In this document: positions 1-11,523 of the stretch, in pieces
Numbering within the stretch: position 1 is the first letter of the stretch
Layout of the letters: every line of letters begins with the position of its first letter
Source: Balanoglossus misakiensis
Taxonomy: Eukaryota; Animalia; Hemichordata
DNA length: 64,000 nucleotides
Direction: 5' to 3'
NCBI GenBank assembly: GCA_040954595.2
Contig: CM082587.2
Location: 7,801,705-7,865,704 of the forward strand
Made by a program: the position numbers and the translations under genes
Notes under the pieces: model-generated
Database searches by the model: none
What the model was told of the DNA's origin: nothing
What the model saw: only the letters and a program-made list of their open reading frames with translations

Positions 1-539
1 ATTTTGAAAGGGTTGGCGTGTAGTAAATTTCAGGGACGGAAACCATGATGCGAACATTAATTTTGGGTATCGTTGATCTATTCTGTCTGTTTTTTTTTCT
101 TCTAACATATGGTTTCTGTAGAATAGCGAACAAAATTGAACCGCAAACGGACACTTACTTCCTGTACCCTGTTCGCGATGGCAGACTTCCTTTGTTTCAA
201 AAGCTGGTTGACGAAATCCTTCTTACTCGGCTTGTCAGCCAGCCCACAGGCTAGCATTGACACGCACAGAAAGGCGACCAGTGAAACTTGCATGTTGACG
301 CCGACTCAGGAACACTATACTGCGAAGAGTTGTCATTGCGAGAATTTATACTTGTCAGAGAAATATTACAGTTATGCATAGAATAAACATCCACCCAACT
401 TACATAATAAGTACATGTCTTAAACTTGTGGGTGTTGCTGTGGCAATCACAAATACCAGTATGCGAATACGTGATGGGCGTCAATGATTGATATGCATGT
501 CAATACATAGCAAGTCAGGTGCAGATGGTCGCATTCGGT

Positions 540-3490
540 TAAATCCTTGTAGGGTGAAACCAAATCAACCACCGTGGTTTGGCACTAAGTGCCAACAGAC
601 CAAAGCCACAGTCTACAATAAATTAAAGTTGTTCAGACAATTGGGTACACAGGATTCTCTTGACGAGTTTAAGTCTGCAAAGAAACACTTCAAACAGATT
701 TGCAAGAACTGCAAGCATGAGTACCAAAATTCCATTCGTAATTGTTTCCGGGAGGCGGCATCACAAAACTCTGGCGAATTTTGGTCCATTTTGAACTCTG
801 TGATTGGCCGCAGGAAATTCTCCCAAAGTGAAATTAGTATTCAGTCATGGTTTGACTACTTCAGTAACCTGTACAAAAAATGCCACGACATTGAATCGGG
901 GGATTTGGAGTTCTTGCGCTCTGTGGAGGAAGAAATAAATTCGTATACATGTAACAACAATGATCTAGAAGAGAACGTTCAGCATACCAATGATGTGTGT
1001 AATAGTCCAATAACAGAAACTGAAGTCTTGAATTGTCTGAGAAAGCTTAAAAATGGGAAAGCACCAGGGCCTGATGGTCTGCCCAACGAATTTTATAGCT
1101 ACGCAGCGGATGTAATTTTGCCACTATTAGTGCAAACATTCAACTTTATTTTTGAGTCTGGAAGATTTCCTCCTGAGTGGTCAGTTGCCATTGTCATTCC
1201 ACTGTTCAAGAAAGGAGTCAAAAGTGATGTAAACAACTACAGGGGTATTTCTTTGTTAAATGCGCTTGGAAAGGTCTTTACCTCAATACTGAACGATCGT
1301 TTAACAAAATGGTCCGACAGTTCAAATATCGTCTCAGACTGCCAAGCAGGTTTTAGAAAAAATCACGGCACTACGGATAACATTTTTACCTTACACGCCA
1401 TCATTCAGAAATATTTAAGTGTCCGTCGTGGAAAACTTTACTGTCTCTTCATTGACTTTTCCAAGGCATTTGACAGGGTTAACCACTCCCTCCTGTTGTA
1501 CAAACTCATGTCGCTAGGCATCAAGGGGAAAATGTTTCGTATTTTAAAATCCATGTATTCCAATATTAAGTCATGTGTCAGAGCGGGCAATGTCTCATCA
1601 CACTATTTTGATTGTCCAGCTGGGGTCAGGCAGGGATGTATCCTAAGCCCCATATTATTCAGTTTCTTTATAGAAGAACTTAACTCCATGTACATGTCAG
1701 CTGGTATTATGGGTGTTCAACTTACCCAAGAATTGTATGACCTTTTCTGTTTATTATACGCAGATGATGTCGTCATTTTTGCTGATTCTGTTAGAAATTT
1801 GCAATGTTTGATTGACATTTTAGCCATTTTTTGCACTAAATGGCGTATGCAGATCAATTTTGATAAAACAAAGGTAATGATATTTCGTAAAGGTGGCCAT
1901 CGTTCGCGATGGGAGAAATGGCATTTTAATGGAACTGCGATTGAGATTGTTTCTCATTATAAGTACCTTGGCCTTCTCCTTTCCTCACGAAATTCATGGT
2001 CCAAAGCAGTTTGCACCTTAGCCAACCAAGCAAACAAAGCCTTAACTTCACTCTCAGTCGCAAGGTGGAAACTTGGTCACTTTGATTGTAATGTTCATTT
2101 TAAACTGTTTGATGTACTTATTCTGCCGATCCTTTGTTATGGTTCAGAAGTCTGGGGCCATCAATATTTTGATGCTATAGAGAAAATTCAAAGGAATTGG
2201 TGCAGAAGAATATTGGGTTTACCTAAGAATGCGACAAATGAAGCTGTACTAGGAGAATGTGGGCGCTTCCCTATTTATTATTACACCCTGAAACGTTGTA
2301 TTAGTTTTTGGTTAAAGCTGTTAGAAATGCCCAATGACAGAATTCCGAAACAAGCTTATATTATGTTATGTAATTTGGATAGTATAGGCAGACGTACTTG
2401 GGCGTCATCTATAAAGGATATTCTATTCTCATTTGGGCTGGGTTTTGCATGGGTTGCTCAGGAAGTGGGCAACAAGCAATTATTTCTTTCGACATTTCAA
2501 CTAAGAGTGCAGGATATTTTTAGACAACAATGGAGAGAAAACATGGCATTGAAACCAAAACTTCGCACTTACATTCAATTCAAGAGTATTTTAGAACCTG
2601 AAAAATATCTTTCCATCCAGTGTCACCACAATGTTATCCAAATGTATTCACGTTTTCGGTGTTCCTCACTTCCTCTCGCTATAGGGCAGGTTTGTCTTAA
2701 CCGCCATCTTGGAAACAAGGTGCATTGTGGGATAGAATTGGAGGGTTTTGGAGGGATAACTATGCAATTATTGCAGCTCATGTGCCTTTTAAGACCCCTT
2801 GCTATATGTTGAATGCACAAACAATACATTAATGTACTGTATATCATGGCAAAAAATGTCCTAAAGTGGTTGGATGAGGGGGTCAGGCTTTACAATATCA
2901 GACAAGGGGGAATTGGAGGGTTTTGGAGGGATAATTATGCAATGATCCCTCCAAAACCCTCCAATTCTATCCCACAACGCACCTTGTTTCCAAGATGGCG
3001 GTTAAGACAAACCTGGCCTATAGAGGAAGGCAGAAGACACCACATCGACCCAGCAGACAGACATTGTAAATTTTGTAACACCAAAGCAGTTGAAGATGAG
3101 TACCACTTTCTAGTAATTTGTCCACTGTATAACAATCTCAGAGTACGATACTTACCGACTGATCTGTTTTTAGAGCCAAACTTTTATAAGTTTACCAATG
3201 TAATGAACACAAATAATCCAGACACCATACTCAGACTTTGTAATTTTGTTCATAGAGCAGTCAAGCTCAGAGAAAGAGCCGATGCAAATGTATAATATTT
3301 TCACTACTGATTTTTAATTGTCTCCCACTGTAACTTACTTCCGTTTTCATTATCCACGTCATATTTGCAATCTTTTTGTTTTGTTTTTGTTTTGTTTTGT
3401 TTAGACGAAGTAATGGAAATACTGAATGTAACCCCCCTTTGCACATGGGCCGTAGGCCTTGAAACGCAAATAAAGCATTATTATTATCAT
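540..3490 (+). mobile_element. Non-LTR retrotransposon (LINE) ORF2, RTEX/CR1-group-like, 5'-truncated or degenerate, interrupted by a MITE
   Basis: ORF 488-2812 has RT motifs (KAPGPDG, NYRGISLL, FIDFSKAFD, GVRQGCILSP, LYADD, YKYLG). The continuation to 3295 has the C-terminal CKFC...EDEYHF...C knuckle. AATAAA and a (TTA)n tail lie at ~3468-3490. No endonuclease domain is visible, so the 5' limit is approximate. Confidence 0.93.
2684..3018. mobile_element. MITE with ~80-bp TIRs and TATA target-site duplication, inserted in the LINE
   Basis: TATA(2680-2683)-GGGCAGGTTTGTCTTAACCGCCATCTTGG...CCAAGATGGCGGTTAAGACAAACCTGGCC-TATA(3019-3022). Excision restores LPLAIEEGR. Confidence 0.92.
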
Positions 3491-3600
3491 AGCAAGTCCG
3501 TAGATTATTTGCAATTCTTTTAATTTCAGACCAAGTTGAATGTACGTCTGTATGCGTGTATGAATATTAATTCAAATATTACTTATAATAATTTTTTAAG

Positions 3601-3795
3601 ATGAGACACAGAGAGAGACAGACACACACACACAGAGACAGACACACAAAGAGCGAGAGACAGGGAGAGACAGAGAGAGACAGACAGACAGACACAGAGA
3701 CAGATAGAGATAGAGAGACAGACAGAGAGGGAGGGGGAGGGAGAGAGAGAGTGAGAGAGAGAGAGAAACAGAGAAAGACGGAGACAGACAGAGGT
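3601..3795. repeat. Compound (GA)/(CA)/(GACA) microsatellite
   Basis: Direct inspection. Confidence 0.9.
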
Positions 3796-4520
3796 GATAC
3801 TGAAAACAAACATTCGTAGTGATTTTTCAGATACAAACATTTATGATTAGTGCAAACAAGTTCTGAATCACACAGGTTTCTGGGTTTGACTTTGCACTGA
3901 ATGGAATGCAATGTAATGGGCAACTTGAAGGCACTCGACCAACTCGAAGCTAAGTGTCCATAGCCGTATATATCACATTCCTGCGTTTCAGTGGTGTATG
4001 CGCCTATTACCGATCGATTATGCCCTCCTTGTATGATTTTACGGGTACCTATAATTTTGTATCTAGTACATCTAATTAAAGTGACCGAACCTGGAATTTC
4101 TTAATTCGTGTATAGTTTCGCTATATACGTTTGATACTAGGGACCAGCTCACGCCCTCACGGTTACTTTAGTTCTTTGATGTAATAATCATAGAGAGTCT
4201 CGATTCTGCCGTTTATGGCGTAGCTATTGGTTGACTAAAATGATAAAGACCATTGTGGTATTATGAATGGTTAGTGCGATTTCAAAATGCACTTTTGCTT
4301 GGAGCGTGATCGCAAATAAATGTTTTGTAAAAATAAAAAAATAGGCCTATGTATTACATAATGAGCTTAGAAATATTTTGGACATTAATATGTAAATCTG
4401 AAGTATTTTTACTCGTACATTCTTTCTCAAATCAGCCTCGATTATATTTGCAGAACGATGGAACTCAAACAGAAAAGGCTCGATTTGGTTAATCATTTCG
4501 AGACAAAGCATTTGAGAATG

Positions 4521-4676
4521 TAGACTCTCTCACAGCCCACGGTTCGCTGCATGCAAGGCTCTTCACTGACGCGGTGTTGGTGTTGTGTAGCTAACCTTAG
4601 GGCCCCTCTCGGCTGGCACACATGCAATCAGTCCATAAGCCTGCATGGACGACGAGAGGGGCTGTGAGAGAGTCTA
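4521..4676. mobile_element. MITE with TAG...CTA ends and 9-bp TSD (AcademH-like)
   Basis: TIR TAGACTCTCTCACAGCCC / GGGCTGTGAGAGAGTCTA, flanked by TTGAGAATG on both sides. Confidence 0.85.
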
Positions 4677-5761
4677 TTGAGAATGTGGCTCGCCAAGACT
4701 TTTAGGTAAACAAAGAGGTCGGTGGGGGCGCTCTCGAGGGTGACTTTTTACCTAAATGACACACTTCGAGAAATATGGGTGAAGTTCACGCATCGGCGTT
4801 TTTTAATAACACAGTCACACAGTCTCAGCGATGTCAATGCTGAGCTGAAAAGAGCATTGAGAATGTTTTTCAGTATCTCAGGTTGGATCACTGATATGAA
4901 ATTCGATCTCCCAGTTTGAACCAACTCTGGAACGAGACTATCAGTAGTTTACTTTTGTGAATTTGGACGGTCACAAAAGTACCTTCTCGTAAAAGCCGTA
5001 GGTGGCGTATTTCAAGTACTGTTGCGCGCGCGGTTCAGCTGTTCGCGTTCAGGCGGAAGTAGCAGATAAGCATAGACGAAGCAACAGTAAACTACGCCGC
5101 CTATCTCTACTAAAAGTTCTCGGTATTTGTCGCGCTTCCTCACATGCCCGTAACGGTTATTTTCGATCATAGCGGAGGAGACCCGCATCTGTACCCCATA
5201 TCTACATGTATATATAGATCTTGTCCACGCTTTAATGCTCCGCAATAAAATGCGTCGTCAAGCTTGGGAAATATTGCTAAGTATAGATAAAGCGTGGTAA
5301 ACCAAATGAGAACAAGCCTCTTCATAAAAAGCTTTACATATATGTGTATTAGTAGCAATAGGTAGCATCTTACTGGGCAGACATCATTGGCAAAGAAAGT
5401 ACCATAAACACGTGGTGAGTACAAAACTCTGTAAAACTGGTAGTCCTCATCTCCAAATCTCTTGATTCTTTGCTACATTACAAATATGAAAATATGATGT
5501 CCACTTTACAATTTATAATTTAAATTTTTCACATTCAACACAGATGTTGGCGGCGACTTTTCCATTGGAAACATTTCAATGCACGGCGGCCAATAATTTT
5601 TATTCTCAGTTTTAAGAGAGAATAATAATCTAAAGTTGACTTGAGCAAAATACAATTCAAGAACAAGTTTAAGACTTTTATTTTCAAGCGCGTATGCCAA
5701 CTGTTATAAACCGTCGTCGTCCTAAAGCTGTTGTTTAATCCCAAATGCACACAGGTGTAAG

Positions 5762-7333
5762 ATGAAGTTGCTCTTTGGTATTCTGGTTCTGACCATTGTA
5801 AGTGGCAGTGTTATACACCCATACCATTCACATGAGTGGATATGCATGTGGGGTCATTTCAGACTATATGACGATGCGGTGTTCAACGTAGTTGTCACTC
5901 AGGAAGTTGCGTGCACCGAAGAGTTGATGGAGTTACCCGACATCATCGCAAATGAAACGCCACTGAAAACATACGATCTTTACAAAGTGGCCAGCGATTA
6001 CGTCGGACCAAGCAAGACGTATCGAATTGTTAATGTGGTGAAGGACCAACTGGAAACAGTAAATCTGGTAGGCGGCTTCACATTTCCCTACACAAAATAA
6101 AATGTACCCGTTTTATAGGTAGCGTAAGTTAAAATTTATCATAAACCACACCCAGTGGAGAGTTTGGCGCGTTTGCCAGCACAGTCGTATATTTTGTTTG
6201 TGTTTGGACGTTAAACATGTATTTGCTGTGAGAATTTGTTTCTTGATTAATGAAGTTTAGGGCAAAGTATCTAAATGGCTACACTGATTTTATCCCCACA
6301 TTTACGTTTTGCGAAAGTGTCTAATACACACTCACACAACCTATAACGTTTCTGTACGCAACATACCAGTACTCAGCATGCATGCACCCAATCTGATTAA
6401 AATCAGATGTAGGGAACGGCGACGTGTTCTTTTTATGCTGTAGTGTGAGGCGACAGCATAAAAAACACGTCGCCGTTCCCTACATCTGATTTTCATCAGA
6501 TTGGCATGCACCGCTTGTTGTTTTCTCCAACAGGGAACAAAACTGGTTGGCGAGTGGAGCAATGAATGTTTTGACGCTATAGACTCATTTTATGCCGGTA
6601 ATATTGTGGCAATCACAGCCAAGGAATTGCCCGTACGTAAACTTTTTTTTGTTTAACGATGCGACACACCAAATATGCGTACCCCTCAGGAATTGCAGTT
6701 TTGTCGAAGCTTAAGTCAAACACCACTAGCAGTGTGCGATACAGAGTCATTATCTGAAAATGGCCTCTTTGCATGCATTTTCGCGGCCAGAGGTATGATG
6801 CGCTCATGAAACAATAATGCATATTGCGGTCTGTGAATTTCTGTTTTAGATCTGCCCATTCACTCAGAAAAGAAGCCTGATGTCTATACCAGAACACACT
6901 TCTTAATAAATAAACACATTGTGGAACTGCGTAAAACGTTGTAGTTCTTTGGGATTCTCAGCTATCTATAAAACATGACTTTGCACAGTGCATCTTTCAG
7001 AATCAAATGGCTGCTTTCTCGATCGGTTACAAAGAAAAGTCTATCTGATGTTCGCAGTTTAAACTTTGTTTTTAACAATTTGAAACTGGTACTTCTATAC
7101 GCAAAATCCTTTGAATTAAATGCATTTAAACAACAATTTACCTTATTTAGAATTATGCTCTAAGTACAGTCTTTGCTTTACCCCGACAGGAATGTCCTGA
7201 GAAATTGTCCAAAGAGATATACTGGGAGCCACCAGGAAACATCACGTTTGCTACCGATGTTTTGGGCTGCTCTTACAGACATGATCAAGAAGAAGACACC
7301 CATCACTATTACTGCAAATGTTTTGACCACTAA
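5762..7333 (+). CDS. Uncharacterised secreted protein A (~182 aa); exons 5762-6067, 6534-6632, 7190-7333
   Basis: Signal-peptide-like N-terminus (MKLLFGILVLTIVSG) and phase-0 GT-AG introns. Every exon aligns with the paralog at 9320-10602 (GTKLVGEWSNECF / GSKLDGEWVNECF; ECPEKLSKEIYWEPPG / ECPERLSNDMYWNPPG). Confidence 0.85.
6389..6503. mobile_element. Palindromic MITE with CA...TG ends and 9-bp TSD (AcademH-like)
   Basis: CAATCTGATTAAAATCAGATGTAGGGAACGGCGACGTG and its inverse, flanked by GCATGCACC at 6380-6388 and 6504-6512. Confidence 0.8.
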
Positions 7334-8334
7334 ACAGTTTGATTGGTAAACGGGCCATGGATATAATAATTCAATATATCGTCCATGATCGATATTAATA
7401 TTGGTTTCTCTCTCCATGCATATAATGGAAATCCGCGATTTATTATTCATGGTTGTATTCGGCAATTAAAATATGTAAAGAATGTATATGTATTTACATA
7501 TTTCAGGTATGTAAGATGTACGTTTGATTAAATGAATATATCTTGTCTACTCCACCTGTAGCTTACTGCAATTATGAAAACAGTTCCTGTCGCACAGAAG
7601 GAGTGTACTGACTATCAATTTGTTCATCATTCTGGTTGATAAGAAGCAGACCGATTGAACATAAACCGTCGTCAGTCTCAGTTGGTTAGAATCTGTTATT
7701 GAATAAATTGTTGCAAGTCTCACAAGGAGAGGTGTCGATGACACAAGGGAAGCGACTGGGTTGTGTTTTGTGTAGGGTGATACATTCTCATCACTAAATC
7801 ATTCCTTGAGCATTAATGGGATTAGCAGATTAGAGTGTTTCTTTTTGAAATCGATGGTCGCAGGTCAGTATGCATTCCTTCTGTTCAGCTCAAAGACTTG
7901 TCATTGTATTACCGTATATGTAAGCGACCAAGTGAGGCCAGGCTTGCGGCAATAAACGACACATCGTTTAAAAAACTCCGATGCCAGTGTGCGTCTTTGT
8001 AGAGGCAAATAGAGTGAGGGGGTTGAGGTGCAGAATGGAAGAACATGACTCGAACTATATACAGTCCAAGTCGACAACTGGGGTGACATGTCGAAGATAT
8101 GCCTCGCCACAACCCCAGGGCGATATACTAAAAATAGATATGTAAGCCAATTGTGAGGTAATCGTGAAACAAAATATCCCAACACCTGGACACGTACAAT
8201 ATTATAGAATTAGGTTTCGTGGCACCGCAAATGAAGCTCTACGTAAAGACACCAAGACATATAAAATCAGTTAATGTCAAATACTAGGCATACAGCATCA
8301 TACGGTCTCTTTCACAAATCGGAGGCATGATTAA

Positions 8335-9128
8335 GATGTGTCCCTGGGATCGTTTTGCCCGTTGCTATGGGCCTTTATAGGACATTACACCCCGATTTGG
8401 ACTAAGCCGTTTTCAGAGTCTAACAAGGGGCTGGTAACTAGTTGAAAATCTGCACGATTGTGAGCGCGCGCCCCCTGACGCCATTGATATGCAAATTAGC
8501 TAGGTTAAATTTCAAAAGCCTAAGGCTTTTTATTCCGTGACCTCAAAAACGAACTTGATATGTATTCATTAGTTGCTTGAACCAGGGAAGATCGTGACGG
8601 ATTTTGTTTTCGAATATTATCGTTGTATCCTACGATTTCAGCATACCCGTACCACACCTGAAAAAGTCATCGATTTTGGGTGTTTTTGGACGCACTCTTC
8701 CACTGGTATCGCTTCTTAGCACGACGAAAACCGAAAAAACGATCCGTCACACTATGCGGAAGTGCGTTCTCAACAAGCAGGTCAAATTTGGCTGGCCTAC
8801 GTCGCCTATGAAAAAAGCCTTAGGGATTTTCGTGAACGGTACAAAATCTCTGTGTACAAAACATTGGATTTTTAGCGTTCGATCCAGTTACTGTGGTTAC
8901 AGGACGCGCACGCTATCGCTGACCGCTGCTTTGCCGTATTAGCGTGGCGGCCTATGGCCGGGCGGTAGCTGCCGTAACCATACTCGGACAGGGGGTGTGC
9001 ACACAATCGTGCGTATTTTTAACTAGTTACAAGCCCCTTGTCGGACGTTCATAACGGCTTCGATCAAAATTGAGTGTAGTGTCATATTAAGGCCCATAGC
9101 AACGAGCAAAAAGATCCCAGGGACCCAT
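8335..9128. mobile_element. TTAA-flanked non-autonomous DNA transposon (Kolobok-like), ~130-bp imperfect TIRs
   Basis: TTAA-GATGTGTCCCTGGGATC...GATCCCAGGGACCCATC-TTAA; the IR extends to GCACGATTGTG / CACAATCGTGC. Confidence 0.75.
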
Positions 9129-9319
9129 CTTAAATACCACAACCTTATTTTCAAATAGAAATAACATAGACAGTCAGATAGATGACTAGAATCATTTAAT
9201 GTCAAACACTATAGTCACATGCAATCATTAAACGGAGTTTTTTCACAAAAAGAAGGAATAATTAGGCACTAACGACATTTGCCTATAGAAGTAACATAAT
9301 GTTATCTGTTGCTAAATGT

Positions 9320-10602
9320 CTACAACTCATCACGGTCGGAAAGATAGTATTTGCAGAAGTAGTAATTAGTGTCTTCATGACGTCTGTAAGAGCAGTACAG
9401 AATATCAGCAGAAAAGGTGATATCTCCTGGTGGGTTCCAGTACATATCATTGGACAATCGCTCTGGACATTCCTATAAAGTGGAACAACAAGAGCACAAA
9501 CTAGTGTGTTAAAACGCCTTGACATATAAATGGTATCTTTAAATGCATGGACTGCATAAGTGAGATTTCTTCTTTGCTCTTGTGAATTAGTGTGAATTAA
9601 TGCATTATAAGACATCTAAAACAGCCAAACAGTGTGACATCCTTTGTCGATGTTAAAGTCTTTTGAGTGATATAATACCAATTACTTTTTTTGCCAAAAG
9701 TCCAAGAATAAAAAAAAAAAAAAACTAACAATACTCAGATTTTCCGTTTCCATCATTTCATTGATGTGTAGTAGGGTTTTGTGCAGGCAACATAGGACGC
9801 CATCGAAAACGAGCAGAAAGTTTACTTACAGGCATTTCCTTGTTGATCGATACAATAGTATTGTTGGGATAAAATTCAATTGTCCCGTTAAAACACTCAT
9901 TCACCCATTCACCATCAAGTTTGGAGCCCTGTAAGGTCAAGGTTAGTAAACAAACCATTGTTATGAAGGGGTAGTTTTTTTCCATTCGTGGATTAGGGAA
10001 AGATACAATACACACACACACAAAAAAAAAACCATGAGACATTATCAGCCAATCTAAAAGGTATCCTGATTATAGTCTTAACTGTTTCACACACATTTCA
10101 GCTATTTTCATTTGTCAATGAGAAGAATTTAATCACCACCTTGGAATTAATATAATTTTTTGACAAGGATGGCAATGTACCGCACAAAAAATGGCGGGAC
10201 TTGTCCATGCATGTAGTACTTCACACATCTACATGCGATGCCCAGAAAAACAAAAGTAATAAAATTCAACACAATCAAGGTGATGCTTACAAGGTTTACT
10301 GTTTCCAATTTGTCTCTCACCACATTAACAATTCGAAATGACTTGGTCGGTCCTATGTATTCTCCGGCAACCTTGTAGACGGCATACGATTTTATTGGTG
10401 TTTCATTCTCCACCATGCTGGGTATCTTCATAAGATCGTCGAAACACGCAACTTCTTGAGTGGCAACCATGTTGAATACAGCGTCGTCGTAAATTCGCAT
10501 TCCACCAACTGATCCACATACCCATTCATTTGAATGCAACGGGTGGACGACACTACCACTGACGACTGACAAAAAGATCGGTATACAACACAGCCACTTC
10601 AT
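9320..10602 (-). CDS. Uncharacterised secreted protein B (~187 aa); exons 10602-10291, 9928-9830, 9472-9320
   Basis: Signal-peptide-like N-terminus, same exon structure as gene A (99-nt middle exon, phase-0 introns), conserved Cys/Trp positions. Confidence 0.85.
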
Positions 10603-11523
10603 CTGCCGGTAGAAATTATAATACTTTTAAAATAACAATGTCAAGTGGTACATTTGACGTGGTCTCTGGGTTAATATTGGTGATAGGTTGCTGTGATAGC
10701 TTATGGGTAACCAGTATGGTTGATTTGACCGACTAAAACGTGTATGGGATATAGTTAATTCGGTTGTAGCTTTAGCTGGAAATTTTTACATATGGCAATT
10801 CGAAAACGTTTTATAATGCCCATACACTCAGAGATGTTTCTAATTGATGTAATACTTATATACTCACCCCTTGGTTATGGCAGTTCACTCAGTAAAATAA
10901 CAAGAAATTTCTACCAACACAAAGATGTATCGTGGTTCCAAACAGTAGGGTGGTCGTTTGGGTTTATGTCGTGATACATCCACAGATAGGTGCTTAAAAT
11001 ATTTTACAAGCTGAAAATAGCCTTCTTATAGCTGTAACCAGGGAGGTATTCTATTTTAATATTTTGCATATTTTATGGTTTCCCACGAATAGTGATGGTA
11101 GGTCACTTGGCAGCACTTATACTGACCACAAGAAGAGACGAAAACCAGATGTTAAATTGCACATGAAAAAAAAGATTGTTTCATGATGGTGTGTACAAAG
11201 GTTGCTACAGTTCTTCAAGCCCGGGGCGGCCTTCTACGGTTCTAACCAAAAGAAGATCATATTTTCTGCAAAACAAGTTTCGAACTGAATTTTTTAATTA
11301 ATAGCCACTGAAAACTGATAAATTCCACATTTTCTCATTCACATGTTTACAACTTTACTCCCAAAAATTAAAAGTACACATAGCCACCGACAGTGTGTGT
11401 ATTTAGTTGCAACAGCGCCATCACGTGATTCATTGGGGGGGGGGGGGGGCAGGTCAGTGCAGGTCATGGGCGGTCAATCGCGATTGTTTACCAGGTCATA
11501 GGTGCACATGATCTGCTAGCATT

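Noticed and set aside
1-540. LINE endonuclease domain or ORF1 upstream of the RT
   Set aside because: No APE motifs recognisable and only short ORFs; left unannotated.
2623-3295. Separate ORFs 2813-3295 (+), 2623-2847 (-) and 2935-3135 (-) with repeated peptides
   Set aside because: Products of MITE TIRs plus the displaced LINE C-terminus; not a separate gene or a programmed readthrough.
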